NCBI RefSeq assembly: GCF_039555335.1
Contig: NC_092646.1
Location: 36,923,911 to 36,987,910, forward strand
Length of the DNA stretch: 64,000 nucleotides
Origin: Amphiura filiformis
Lineage: Eukaryota
Reading direction: 5' to 3'
Under the pieces are notes generated by a model. It worked only from the letters and a program-made list of their open reading frames with translations. It made no database searches and was not told the DNA's origin. How positions within the stretch are numbered: the stretch's first letter is position 1; every line of letters starts with the position of its first letter. Shown piece after piece: positions 10,977 to 22,504 of this stretch. Made by a program: the position numbers and the translations under genes.

Positions 10977-11816
10977 TTAAGGTACTTCCTGACATCTGGA
11001 CATTGTCCTTACCTTAAAATCTGAAGGATACAGCTCTGTTCCTTTGACTCCATGAACACTATGATATCCTTGAGGGGCTTCTGACAGTTCCTTGTGGTAC
11101 TTCTTAACATCTGGACATTTCCTTACCTTAAAATCTGAAGGATACAGCTCTGTTCCTTTGACTCCATGAACACTATGATATCCTTGAGGGGCTTCTGACA
11201 GTTCCTTATGGTACTTCTTAACATCTGGACATTGTCCTTACCTTGAAATCTGAAGGATACAGCTCTGTTCCTTTGACTCCATGAACACTATGATATCCTT
11301 GAGGGGCTTCTGACAGTTCCTTGTGGTACTTGTTGACATCTGGACATTGTCCTTACCTTGAAATCTGAAGGATACAGCTCTGTTCCTTTGACTCCATGAA
11401 CACTATGATATCCTTGAGGGGCTTCTGACAGTTCCTTGTGGTACTTGTTGACATCTGGACATTGTCCTTACCTTCAAATCTGAAGGATACAGCTCTGTTC
11501 CTTTGACTCCATGAACACTATGATATCCTTGAGGGGCTTCTGACAGTTCCTTGTGGTATTTGTTGACATCTGGACATTGTCCTTACCTTGAAATCTGAAG
11601 GATACAGCTCTGTTCCTTTGACTCCATGAACACTATGATATCCTTGAGGGGCTTCTGACAGTTCCTTGTGGTACTTCTTAACATCTGGACATTGTCCTTA
11701 CCTTGAAATCTGAAGGATACAGCTCTGTTCCTTTGACTCCATGAACACTATGATATCCTTGAGGGGCTTCTGACAGTTCCTTGTGGTACTTGTTGACATC
11801 TGGACATTGTCCTTAC
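10977..11816 (-). repeat. Tandem array (about 7–8 copies of 117 bp) of the 3' tail and donor site of PARP4 catalytic exon 11817..12000
   Basis: The unit is ACAAGGAACTGTCAGAAGCCCCTCAAGGATATCATAGTGTTCATGGAGTCAAAGGAACAGAGCTGTATCCTTCAGATTTCAAG followed by gtaaggacaatgtccagatgtcaagaagtacc, repeated head to tail. Every copy retains the GTAAGG donor. Confidence 0.8.
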
Positions 11817-12000
11817 CTTGAAATCTGAAGGATACAGCTCTGTTCCTTTGACTCCATGAACACTATGATATCCTTGTGGGGCTTCTGACAGTTCCTTGTG
11901 GTACTTATTAACATCTTGGCATTTTCCAAGTGCTACTTCATTGATGGTCATCAGTCTTGTACCAGTTGTCTGACTTGCTGCAGAATATTTGGCACTTGTG
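11817..12000 (-). CDS. PARP4: PARP4 exon (catalytic domain): TSAKYSAASQTTGTRLMTINEVALGKCQDVNKYHKELSEAPQGYHSVHGVKGTELYPSDFK
   Basis: Acceptor cctgtcacag|C and donor AAG|gtaagg. Matches PARP4 STSIKYSHPGETDGTRLLLICDVALGKCMDLHEKDFSLTEAPPGYDSVHGV and PARP1 SKSANYCHTSQ…LLLGEVALG…KGKHSVKG. Confidence 0.85.
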
Positions 12001-12064
12001 CTGTGACAGGGGTAGAAAAAAATATTCCAAAGCTAATTCATTTGACAAGGAGATGGTTGACCAC

Positions 12065-12345
12065 TTAGCCCCCCCCAAAAAAGGTTTGTCTCAAAGCTCA
12101 CGAGAAATTTAAAACAAATGCGAAATGCGATTTTTTTTTTTTTTATTTTTTTTTTATTCCCAACTTTTTTCATGGAATTTTGAGAAAAAAAGTCTGATTT
12201 TCGCCGATTTTTCTGGAAAAACTATAAAAAATTATTTTTTGAAATAAAAAAATTTCCGCATTTGTTTTTTGTCAAACGTGGGATTTTACAAATGCGCGCG
12301 CAAGCTTTGAGACGAACCTTTATTTTTTTTGGCCTTACCAATGAG
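12065..12345. mobile_element. MITE-like element with terminal inverted repeats
   Basis: GGTTTGTCTCAAAGCTCACGAG near the left end pairs with …GCAAGCTTTGAGACGAACC near the right end. The interior is A/T-rich with poly-T and poly-A runs. Confidence 0.4.
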
Positions 12346-12574
12346 CACTTAACAATCATTTCTTGGGGGATGGCTTCAAAACCCAACTGCTGGTTAACTG
12401 GCAGCAACCTGGCACAACCAGCAGCTGGGCCTGGTTTGCATCGTTCAGAACAAAAGAAACCAGGCCCAACTGCAAATTCTATATAAGTTCTGCAAGGTCA
12501 ACTGGTGGATAACCAGCAGATGGGTTTTTAAACCATTCCTAAATATACTTAAGAGATTAAATAAATTTTGTATG

Positions 12575-13160
12575 CACAAAACCAGAAATTTACTCACGAT
12601 TGACGGTTTCGTATATCATGGTCGATAGACATCTTCAGAATGATGATGGTAGATCCTCACCACTTCCGGTTTGCCGGATCCTGACTGTAGATGGTGTATC
12701 AGCCAGGAGGGGATCGTATACGTGACTTAAGTAGTGGGCCCCCTCGTCTCTATTCATGACGTTGGTTCCCCTTCTCCTGATCCAGATGGATTCTCTGATG
12801 TGTCCAGAGTTAGAATCACACTCCTTACAAATAGGATTTTTGCATTATCCCAGTTAATGACGTGATTGTGTTGCACAGCATGCTCTGCTATATAGCTGAT
12901 TTTGACTGTTCACTTGACGATTGTTTACCAGCTTGGCGGGTATAGTTTTGCTTATTCTTCGACACCCTGGCTGTTTCTTTTTGGTGTTTGTTGAGACGAG
13001 TCTCGAATTTGCGACCAGTTTCGCCCACTTAGAATGGTTACAGTTGGTGCACAGAATTTCGTAGACGCAATCAGTAGTGTTACGGGGGTCGATTTTATCC
13101 TTACGATCGACCATGATATAGACGAAACCGTCAACCGTGAGTAAATTTCTGGTTTTGTGC
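12575..13160. mobile_element. Element with about 50-bp inverted termini and a degenerate GIY-YIG-like ORF (Penelope-related fragment?)
   Basis: Termini AAACCAGAAATTTACTCACGATTGACGGTTTCGTATATCATGGTCGAT (12575–12625) and the reverse complement at 13108–13160. The minus-strand ORF 12854..13195 contains …DCVYEILCTNCNHSKWAKLV…, resembling the GIY-YIG core (GVYKIPCxCG). Confidence 0.4.
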
Positions 13161-13442
13161 ATACGAAATATACTTAAGATGCTTTTTTGTACCATCCTAT
13201 TGCAGAAATATTTAAAAAAATGTTTTAAAAAAATATCTGAAAATTGTTTATTTATGGCCCCAGGTAGCTTTTAACCTATCATATCTTACCATCTGATATC
13301 AAGATATGGAACCAGTACATACCAATATTATAGCCAGTTATTGGGTGGCCCATAGCAGATTAACTATGGGGTTACTCCAAGCTGGAGTAGTTTTTGAAAA
13401 ATTGGTCTTGGTGGGAATAGAATATGTCTTTATTATCCTTAC

Positions 13443-13541
13443 CTAGAACTATTAGCAAAGTATATAGCACTCCCTAGCATACCAGCGTCAGTTCTCACTC
13501 CTCCAAAATCATCTACGACAATCTTCGGTAGAAGTAAACCC
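13443..13541 (-). CDS. PARP4: PARP4 exon (catalytic domain): GLLLPKIVVDDFGGVRTDAGMLGSAIYFANSS
   Basis: Acceptor ccatag|G and donor TAG|gtaagg. Matches PARP4 GLLLPKVVEDRGVQRTDVGNLGSGIYFSDS, the nicotinamide-stacking GxGIYFA motif. Phases fit both neighbouring exons. Confidence 0.85.
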
Positions 13542-13599
13542 CTATGGTAAATAAATATGTAAACATATTGGGTACAATAACAAAGAATATATTAACGCA

Positions 13600-13830
13600 C
13601 TCCACGCGGGTGTCGACTGCAGATGACAAGTTTCAAAATTTTGTTACAAATTCAACAAATTTCAGAATTGTAAAATTTCATGGAGATATTTGGAATCAGC
13701 ATGAAAAATACATTAAAATGAATACAAACAAGCCTAGGAATGTTTCAGTGGTTCTTAAGATAGCGCGCTTGATATTTTGAGAAAATATATCAAAATTTGG
13801 ACTTTTTATGTTGAAGCCTATGGCTAGCAT
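13600..13830 (+). repeat. Dispersed 220-bp repeat, copy 1 (copy 2 at 18005..18235); both copies sit just upstream of a foldback palindrome
   Basis: …GTCGACTGCAGA[T/C]GACAAGTTT…ATTTGGAATCAGCATGAAAAATACATTAAAATGAATACAAACAAGCCTAG…GATATTTTGAG…AAAATTTGGACTTTT… is shared by both loci. Confidence 0.7.
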
Positions 13831-13959
13831 GCAGAGCATTAAGGTAGTAATAGTTTCATTTGTATCTTGCCCCTTTCTTAACCTGTCAGTCTGTCTGTCT
13901 ACACATTGATAGTCAAGCAGGTGCCTATTTCACTGGTTGCAGTATTGAACCGTGTGTGC

Positions 13960-14790
13960 TAACCTAGAGTCTGAAGTTTTCTGTTTTACGGAAAACGGAA
14001 GAAAATCACAGAATCGTAGGTACAACACGGAAAATTACAATTTTGTATGATGTGACAGAAATTGTTAAAAGATAAGAGAAATATATGTTAAAAACAATCA
14101 TGAGTTGTTTATGTCAATTTTATGATAAAATACTGTTTAATAATACCGAAATAAAGGTATATTACCAAGGCATGAACCCCTATATCATGTATATCCACAA
14201 ACATAGTCGGCCTATTATCTAAGAATATTCCAATCAGGCCTATTTGATCGCGATAGAATATTTATACATCAGAGACACAGATGTTAAAATGGATTTTAGA
14301 AATCGAAACTTCGGACTCTATGCTAACCTAATACCGCAGCTAGTGTAGAGTCCGAAGTTTACCGTTTTCTAAAATCCATTTTCCGTGTTGTAATCCGTGT
14401 TCTAAAATTCGTAAATCCGTATTTCATGAACAAAGCTTAAAATGTATAAACAATGATATTAATGTCAAACTAAGGTGTTCAATATCGCGATCAATATACT
14501 CTGATTGGAATATGCTCACGATCATAGGCCGACTGTTACGATGTTTGGAGGGATATAGGGGGTTCATGCCTTGGTAAAAATACCTTTATTTCGGTATTAT
14601 TAAATAGTATATTTATCATAGAAATTGACACACACAACTCATGATTGTTTTTAACATTTATTTCTCTTATCTTTTAACAATTTTTGTCACATCATACAAA
14701 AATGTCACTTTGCGTGTTGTACCTCCGATTCCGTGATTTGTTTCCGTTTTCCGTAAAACGGAAAACTTCGGACTCTAAGCTAGTGCATAT
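13960..14790. repeat. Foldback element: about 300-bp inverted arms around a 200-bp core that contains its own nested palindrome
   Basis: Arm 13965–14270 is the reverse complement of 14470–14775 (…ACGGAAAACGGAAGAAAATCACAGAATCG… versus …CGATTCCGTGATTTGTTTCCGTTTTCCGT…). The core 14280–14400 is palindromic (GGATTTTAGAAA…TTTCTAAAATCC). Confidence 0.75.
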
Positions 14791-14849
14791 GGCTAAACAT
14801 TGCTGCAACAAGGGCAGCTGAAATCACTACCAAACATGAGGTGAAATGA

Positions 14850-14930
14850 AAGTTTGTCTCTCTCTCTCCCTCTCTCCTTCCCTCCTTCCCTCTCTATCTC
14901 TCTCCCTCTCCCTCCCCCTCTTTCAAAAAA
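14850..14930. repeat. (CT)n/(CCT)n microsatellite; another (CT)n at 15160–15190
   Basis: ctctctctccctctctccttccctccttccc…. Confidence 0.9.
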
Positions 14931-15416
14931 TTCAGCCCCAGAACACTCTGACCATTTTGACTAGAATTTGTTTAATGCCACCAGTCTGAAAGAATGCCCC
15001 TATTTCTATTTGGCATACCCCCTCTCTCACCCCAATATATGCTTCCTTAAAAAGTTAAGAGAGCAAATTCTCACAAATAGTGGGGACTAGTACTTTCACC
15101 TGCTTTATGGAGGCCATTTTGGATGCCCCCACTTTTTTTAATGCTCCTATCACAAAACCGCTCTCTCTCTCTCTCTACAACCTCTCTCTCCATACACATA
15201 AAACGATGGTGCCTTTATCATTCTTTCGCCAACCAACTGTATGCATTACTTTAAAGAAAATTCATAATTTTAAATTTCATTCACTTTAAGCTCTGAGTGG
15301 AACACTCAACTTGTTTTCTTACCAGGACGTCACAGGCCGATTCGAATTTTCAAACAAACTTATGTGAATTGTATAATGTATATATACACTATATTGTACA
15401 GAATATGCAAGCCTAC

Positions 15417-15554
15417 CTGGATAAAATACCCACAAAATTGGTTGGTCTTGAAGCATGGAACAACATCTTCTTGTTGTCAAGGTCACTGGCAAAGTTAGTC
15501 TCTTCCACAGCTCTACTCACTGCATATATATGGCAAATTTCTATGGCGTCATTT
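15417..15554 (-). CDS. PARP4: PARP4 exon (catalytic domain, H-x-S motif): NDAIEICHIYAVSRAVEETNFASDLDNKKMLFHASRPTNFVGILS
   Basis: Acceptor ccatacag|A and donor CCAG|gtaggc. Matches PARP4 VDVLQIFRVGRVNETTEFLSKLGNVRPLLHGSPVQNIVGILC. The conserved H-G-S reads H-A-S here. Confidence 0.85.
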
Positions 15555-15691
15555 CTGTATGGCAAATTGTGTGTAATCAAGGGAAAAGAGAAAAGTTAGC
15601 AGGGCTTAAAATAAGGAGGGTCCTTGTTTCCCTTAAAAGTAAGCGAGGGCTGGCAAATTTTCTAATGCACAGAACCCCAAAGTATTTAAAG

Positions 15692-15912
15692 AGGTAGCCC
15701 CGCCAGAGCAGTTCTTCTGGGGTGAACCAAACCTGCTTGGTTATCAAATTAATCAGTGACAAGGTTATCTCAGAATTTGGCAGGTGCTAGTTGATGCAAT
15801 AACATTCAACATCAATTAGCACCTGTCGAATTAAAAATAACCTTGTCACTGATTAATTTGATAACCAGTCAGGTTTGGTTCACCCCAGAAGAACTGCTCT
15901 GGCGGGGCGTAA
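15692..15912. repeat. Near-perfect 220-bp hairpin palindrome (foldback or MITE)
   Basis: GAGGTAGCCCCGCCAGAGCAGTTCTTCTGGGGTGAACCAAACCTG…TTGATGCAATAACATTCAACATCAA…CAGGTTTGGTTCACCCCAGAAGAACTGCTCTGGCGGGGC, centred at about 15800. Confidence 0.8.
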
Positions 15913-16369
15913 CAAGCACAGTGCAGTATGTACTATATTTTGTTGTTCCACAAGGTTTAAGTATACTGGTCCAAAACAGCCCAACAGAATGCTCTGTGAC
16001 TTGATCCTTGTCCTAACAAAACTTGTCCTATGAAAAACATGATAAAATTACTTTGTGTGATGTAATTTAATATGTGACCATCCACCACAACTGAGCCCGG
16101 ATGTCGCCAGTGCCACTATTGAGATATGCTCCATTGAACTTAACAATAAACAATAGGAAACAAAGGATTTATTGACTGTTTTATTGATTTTTCACTACTT
16201 AAATGTCAAGTACTATAGACATGATATACATCATTTTAAAGCTAATTTCAAGCAGAATATTTTGGTTGAATATCTCAAAAATGATGATTGGCGACTTCAG
16301 GGTTCAGTTGTGCTGGATGGTCACATATAGTAAAAAAGCCCCATGTCACATTATTAACATGGTACCTAC

Positions 16370-16530
16370 TCAGTCTGAGATGACAGCACCACATTCTTGA
16401 TATCATTGAATTCATGGTGATTTTCTGGCAAGCTTTCTATATGGCAACGTAGAGCACGATACTTGGCATCTAAACTGCTGCGTGTAGACCAATTGGTAGC
16501 TTCACTTACACCAACAATGTCTTTAACAAG
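16370..16530 (-). CDS. PARP4: PARP4 exon (end of the PARP regulatory domain): LVKDIVGVSEATNWSTRSSLDAKYRALRCHIESLPENHHEFNDIKNVVLSSQT
   Basis: Acceptor ctctttgcag|CTTGTT and donor CTGA|gtaggt. Matches PARP4 LIRDMVNVCETNLSKPNPPSLAKYRALRCKIEHVEQNTEEFLRVRKEVL. Confidence 0.85.
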
Positions 16531-16949
16531 CTGCAAAGAGTGTAATTACGTAATGGGAATTACTGTTGAGTGAGAACAACCTTTCAAATACTAAACATTA
16601 AGAGTGCATTAATCCAAAGTCTCAGAACCAAATTATGAATGGTGAGCCCAGACCTTCATTTTTGAGGAGCTCGATTGCACCAGAGCTCCTACAGCTCTCC
16701 TTAACAACATTTCAGGAGTATGATTTACTGAGCTCCTCACTACTTGAATCCCTACGTTTAAAATACAGGTATTAAAAGATTGAGCTCCTTGTTGAGCACC
16801 TTAGTAAACTCAGGAGAGCGATTAACAGAGCTCCAGCAATTTTCAAAAATGAAGGCCTGTTAGCCAATATTTTAATAGTGCCTATAACCATTCATGCTTA
16901 ATTAAATAGCTGTTGTAATAGTTTATTGAGCTTGGAAATAAATCAAACT

Positions 16950-17204
16950 AATATATTGCTGTGATCTCTGTAATAGTAGCCTGTGCAATAGTGATAATAA
17001 TAAATCTTACCTGACATAGATTCTGTTTCTTGGCAATCATGCTGCGTGTTCTGATATCTTGCTGTGATTTCTGTGGCAGTAAGCTGTGCAATAGTGATAA
17101 ATCTTACCTGACATAGATTCTGTTTCTTGGCAATCATGCTGCGTGTACTGATATCTTGCTGTGATTTCTGTGGTAGTAAGCTGTGCAATAGTAATAAATC
17201 TTAC
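16950..17204 (-). repeat. Tandem array (about 3 copies of 97 bp) of the 3' tail and donor site of PARP4 exon 17205..17372
   Basis: The unit …CAGCAAGATATCAGTACACGCAGCATGATTGCCAAGAAACAGAATCTATGTCAG followed by gtaagatttatcactattgcacagcttactgccacagaaatcacag is repeated. It explains the overlapping ORFs at 16943..17188, 17037..17489 and 17231..17467. Confidence 0.8.
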
Positions 17205-17372
17205 CTGACATAGATTCTGTTTCTTGGCAATCATGCTGCGTGTACTGATATCTTGCTGTGATTTCTGCGGCAGTAAGCTGTAGAATTCCTGGCTAAGTTC
17301 TTTGAGTTGAGTTGTGTTAGATTGGTCAAGTGAACGCTTGATTTGAAGGAGAACAGCCTCTGCTTTCTCCAC
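17205..17372 (-). CDS. PARP4: PARP4 exon (PARP regulatory helical domain): VEKAEAVLLQIKRSLDQSNTTQLKELSQEFYSLLPQKSQQDISTRSMIAKKQNLCQ
   Basis: Acceptor gcgacag|GTGGAG and donor CAG|gtaaga, with boundaries anchored to ORF 17037..17489. Matches PARP4 VKAALKNGETAEQLQKMMTEFYRLIPHKGTMPKEVNLGLLAKKADLCQ. Confidence 0.85.
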
Positions 17373-18004
17373 CTGTCGCATGAGAACAAAAAATAAGTTT
17401 TTATAAGTAATAAATAAATAAATTTTGGATTTATATAGCGCTTTTTTCCAGATCTTAAAGGATTCAAAGTGCTGTAATTTCGCGGCCATGGTGAATCATC
17501 ACAATCAGATCACATCATCATCTAGGCTGGTTGCAGCCGAACCTGGCGCAAAGCTATCTGCACTTAGATTGTAACATCCACCAATTATCTATGCAGCTCC
17601 CCAAATTCAATTGGGTGAAGGAAGTTTTTGATAACCAAACAACTAGTCACCAATTTTTGAAAGCAGGAGGAAACCAGAGATCCTGGAGAAAACCTGCAAG
17701 AGCGAGCTTGAACCTGGGACCTCAGTGGTGCAAGGCGAAGGAACAACCGCAGCACCAACTTGACTTTCATGGTGAAAGATCTGGACCAGAGTTCCAACTG
17801 GTTCAAGTGAAGTGCAAAGAAAGCTAATCAACATCTGGCAACCACACCAGCTCACTCAAGACATAGGCTACCATGAACTTGGTGCAGTATATCAACAAAA
17901 TTAATCATATGATGTCACAGACAGTAACAGACACCACAATATCATGTGACCATCAATATCAGTTACATCAGTTTGACAAAGACAAATACTTATCATGTTT
18001 AGCT

Positions 18005-18235
18005 CTGTGAAGTCGACTGCAGACAACAAGTTTTTAAAAAAATCATAAATTCAAAAATTTCATAATTGTACATTTTCATGACCATATTTGGAATCAGCAT
18101 GAAAAATGCATTAAAATGAGTACAAACAAGCCTAGTATTAGTTCAGTGGTTCTTGTGATAGCTCTTGATATTTTGAGGAAAATACCTCAAAACTTGGACT
18201 TTTCATGTCAAAGCCAGGGATATTATGTGCAGGGG
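18005..18235 (+). repeat. Dispersed 220-bp repeat, copy 2, immediately 5' of the 2.2-kb foldback
   Basis: About 80% identical to 13600–13830 in the same orientation. Confidence 0.7.
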
Positions 18236-18244
18236 TAAACATTA

Positions 18245-20430
18245 TTGGGTCAGTCCATATCAAAACAGATTGAGTGTACACCCACCCTCTTGGATTTTGC
18301 TCTCCTTTGGCTCAGTGGTACCTTTCATGGACCCCTAGGTGAGGTCACAAGAAAAAATTCAAATTCAATTTCGTTTCGAATGGCGGGCCATCTAAGTTTG
18401 GCGACCTTGACCAAAATTGGGAATTTAAGGTGTCCAAATGACAAAGCGCTCTCTTTGAGAAGCATTTTCTTCTTAATTAAATCAGTTGTGACCCTCTTTT
18501 TGAATGTGGTCACTCACTGCATGGCTGTGTCTGAAATGCCTAATGCCAAAAAAGATTGATTTCGGAATTTCGTTGGGATTTCAGAGGGGGTCAAAATCAG
18601 CACTTCGTACTGTTCAATCAAATTATCTTTGATTTTGAAGGACCCATGATAATGTCACAGTGCACTTATAGGTCCTAATTATGTTCAGAATGGATTAACC
18701 ATGTGCCAATGTCTATGAGCAATTCAAAAAAAGAGAAACTTCTTGACCCCCTACAGAATTTTAGGCCACCCTAAAGTGGTTCAGCCACAAATGGCGCTTA
18801 AAATCGGCAAATTTTGACACCTAATAACTTTAGGTGTACACCAGATATGAATTTCTAGTCTTTTGCATCTGAAAGAATGTAGTATAATGTTTCTAGGAAC
18901 ATAAGATTTGTTTTGTATTTTTTGTGTTTTGATACTAAGTTGATGGTCCCAAAAATCCCAATTTTTGACTAATAATGTACAGGTTATGGGTACAAAATGT
19001 CAATTTCAACATACCCTTTTTTCTATTTTTGATCACTTTATAGCAAATTGTCTTATTTATCCTGTTATTACATAGTTAACAACGTCCGATTTTGGTGATT
19101 TTGGTGTCTAATTATGTTTTCTTGCATGAGAATACAACTACATAACTTAAAAAACTGTATGTATATAAGGAACCAATGACCTCCTTATTACAATATGGAT
19201 GCTTTTGGCAGCCATGTTGCAAAAGAGGGTCATCGGTTCCTTGTATAGTTTATTAATTTGCTTAGTTGTATTTCTCATGCAAGAAAACATATATAATTAG
19301 ACACCAAAATTACCAAAATCAGATGTTGTTAACTATGGTCAGAATTCAAAAAGGTCGTTGACCTATGAACATTTTTCGTCATAGCGCCCTCCTGAAAGGT
19401 CTGACACATAACAAACTATACATTTTTGGAATCCTCATGACCATACGAGTAATTTGATATATTACTTGACATAATTGGGAGCATTCTGAACATTTGACCC
19501 CCATAACCTGTACTTTGCATGTGCATCGTTGCCAGGAAGTGCATTTTTGACCCCTTAAAAATCCATACAGAGGATTAGAAAGTAGTTTTTTCTTATTACT
19601 TGACTCAAAAGCAACTTGAAATATCAGGATAAATAATACAAATGGCTATAAAGTGATCAAAAATATAAAAAAATATCATACTAAAATTGGCATTTTGTAC
19701 CGTATCCTGTATGCATGGTATGTTAGGCAAAAATGACTATTTTTGAAAGCGTCAACTTAATACTAAAACACAAAAAATACAAAACAAATCTTATGTTCCT
19801 AGTAACATAAAACTACATTCTTTCAGATGCAAAAGACTAGAAATTCATATCTGGTGTACACCTAAAGTTATTAGGGGTCAAAATTTGCCGATTTTAAGCG
19901 CCATTTGTGGCTGAACCACTTTAGGGGTGGCCTAAAATTCTGTAGGGTCTAGAAATTTCTCTTTTTGAATTGCTCATAGACATTGGCATATGGTTAATCC
20001 ATTCTGAACATAATTAGGACCTATAAGTGCACTGTGACATTATCATGGGTCCTTCAAAATCAAGATAATTTGATTGAACAGTACAAAGTGCTGATTTTGA
20101 CCCCCTCTGAAATCCCAACGAAATTCAAATCTATCTTTTTGGCATTAGGTATTTCAGACACAGCCAGTGAGTGACCACATTCAAACAGAGGATCACAACT
20201 GTTTCAATTAAGAAGAAAGTGCCCCTCAAAGAGAGCACTTTGTCATTTGGACCCCTTAAATTCCCAATTTTGGTCGAGGTCGCCAAACTTTGATTGCCCG
20301 CCATTCGCAAACGAAATGGAATTTGAATTTTTTTCAGACCTCACCTAGGGATCCATTAAAGGTACCCCTGAGCCAAAGGAGAGCAAAATCCAAGAGGGTG
20401 GGTGTACACTCAATCTGTTTTGATATGGAC
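18245..20430. repeat. Large foldback element: about 2.2-kb near-perfect palindrome with arms of roughly 0.95–1.15 kb, centred near 19200
   Basis: 18245–19190 is the reverse complement of about 19210–20428, for example GGTCAGTCCATATCAAAACAGATTGAGTGTACACCCACCCTCTTGGATTTTGCTCTCC at the left versus GGAGAGCAAAATCCAAGAGGGTGGGTGTACACTCAATCTGTTTTGATATGGACTGACC at the right. The centre is AAGGAACCAATGACCTC…GAGGGTCATCGGTTCCTT. It lies in the 5-kb PARP4 intron between exons 22284..22421 and 17205..17372. Confidence 0.85.
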
Positions 20431-22283
20431 TGACCCTATTACTTTAATGACCCCTATAAGTAGGGATCAAAATTTCATGTTGCCCCTATTGCTACAAAAT
20501 ATTGTTTTTTGGATAGAACTCATCAATAGAAGTATTTTGGTGGTTAAATGGTCAAAATCGGTCAAAAACTTTTCGAATTATGAATTTTCAAAGTTTCCCA
20601 TTCTGACCGGTCATTGGAACGAAATAAAATGACAAGGTCCAAAAATATCAATTGGGAGCAAAATTGGCATAAGCATATATTTACCTTTATATATTTCTTT
20701 ATTTTAACATATATGCAAACATGAAACAAGCATATTGTGAAAGTATCAAAGGGTTTCTTATGAAATGGCACTTTACTAGTCAATGGCATAAATTATTTTT
20801 TCAAACCGAGGCATTGAAATCATGCATTTAGAGAACATTTTGCCAAAAATCATCTAAGATGGCCGATATGGCACAAAATCAAAATTGCACTAAGTCCAGG
20901 TAAACTATTTTTTTTCACAACCAAAAATTTCAATGTTATTGGGTTTAATATGACCAATTAGTAGGTGTATGCAAATTAAATCTTAAGTGTCATTGAAGGT
21001 CATTGACTCATTCACAACAATAGAGGTTATCCACTTCACTCATCATGCTCATGTGTGACTTCTAACAAAAGGTGCTGGTTCCCGTAGTATTCCTCATTCA
21101 AAACAATTCAATACATGACCTCAGAGTTACCTGCATGACTTTCGCGGGCTTTTTTGAAACAGTTATGGTTGCACATTCAGGTATTTCTTTTGAAAGTTCT
21201 AAACAAGGTATAGCCAGCAGCAAGTTGTATATGGTATAGGCCTAAACATATAAGAAAACGTTTAGGGTTGAAATCAGGTGAAAAATACATCGAATGGGCA
21301 CGAAACTTCACATTTATGTTCAGATTGGTGTATTCTTAGCATGATTCGAAAGGCGTATGGAAATTCCAAAGGGAAGCTGGTGATTTAATTTGTAACTCGA
21401 GATCTACTTGTTCAATTTTTTAACCTTTTTACAGAGGGTATGATAGAGGTATTACTGGCAACTCTGCCAAATTACAGCTCAGTAGGCCACGTTTTTCACC
21501 TGAAATTATTGACATGAATATTTTGTGCCATTCTTGAGCATGCTGAACTCAGCCACTGGCAATTAAGCGCACTGTGGCGATGGACCAATTTTGACTCGCA
21601 CTTACAGGAAAATGAAATAAGTTATGTTGCTGTAATTTGCAAGATAGTTACAAAATATAATTGGCATTATAACTTCCCCAATTTTTACAGAAAAATATTG
21701 AAAAATAAAAGAATGAGATCAATTTAGAAATGTCTGTGCAAGCAGTGCACAGTTGAGCTCCCTGCATGTCTATGGCAGTGTTCTAGTCAAGTTGATGGTT
21801 CATTGGTCATCCCTATTATAAGAGAATGCAAATATTTCAACAAATCATCGTTATCCACCTGAACAATACATGCATGTTGTTCACTTCACTTCACTTTATT
21901 CCACTAAGTGTGTTAATGCTAGTGGGTTTGGCATCGTACATTACTGTAAAAGTCAAAATTTGTCATGCTTTGCCAATTTTGATTTTTGTTTCACTTGTCT
22001 TTGCAATTCAAAGTTTTCTTGCATTGACCTATACACAAAAGGAATCTATCCACATTGGTTATTTTTTCAGTAGCTGCTTGAAATATGCACAAATATAAAT
22101 GAATCATGCAAATATCCACATATATTGTCATTGGACAAGACTTGTGGCCTTTGAACGTGTTTAAAACAAAACTGTCAAGAGGTTACATAGGAGGTTATTC
22201 CTTAAACATGTTCAAGGGCAATAAATGACACATAGGCAGTTTTTCCTGCCCCAGATATACAGAATCAACATCTTTCCCCTTAC

Positions 22284-22421
22284 CTTATCAATTGATATAG
22301 TTTCTACAGGAACCGTCAAAATATCAGATAACTGTCCCAGTGCTTCCTGCCATACATGGTCTACCAGACTTGCTACTTCTTCTGTTAATGGCTCCTGAGC
22401 CATACCTCTCTCTAGCATCAC
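22284..22421 (-). CDS. PARP4: PARP4 exon (start of the PARP regulatory domain): (VML)ERGMAQEPLTEEVASLVDHVWQEALGQLSDILTVPVETISIDK
   Basis: Donor AAG|gtaagg, anchored to ORF 22212..22532. Matches PARP4 SQEVSDLVEMIWAEALGHLEHMLLKPVNRISLNDVSKAEG. The 5' boundary is ambiguous: CAG|GTGATG at 22421, or the in-phase alternative CTAG|AG at 22411. Confidence 0.75.
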
Positions 22422-22504
22422 CTGTATCATGAAAAGGTTTGAGTTATGAAAGGGATATATCATCTGAACAGACCCACAACATGTACATTTATATATGGAA
22501 TTAC

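Noticed and set aside
17037-17489. 150-aa ORF called as a single CDS
   Set aside because: Only 17205..17372 is bounded by splice sites and is homologous to PARP4. The remainder is read-through into the 97-bp pseudo-exon array.
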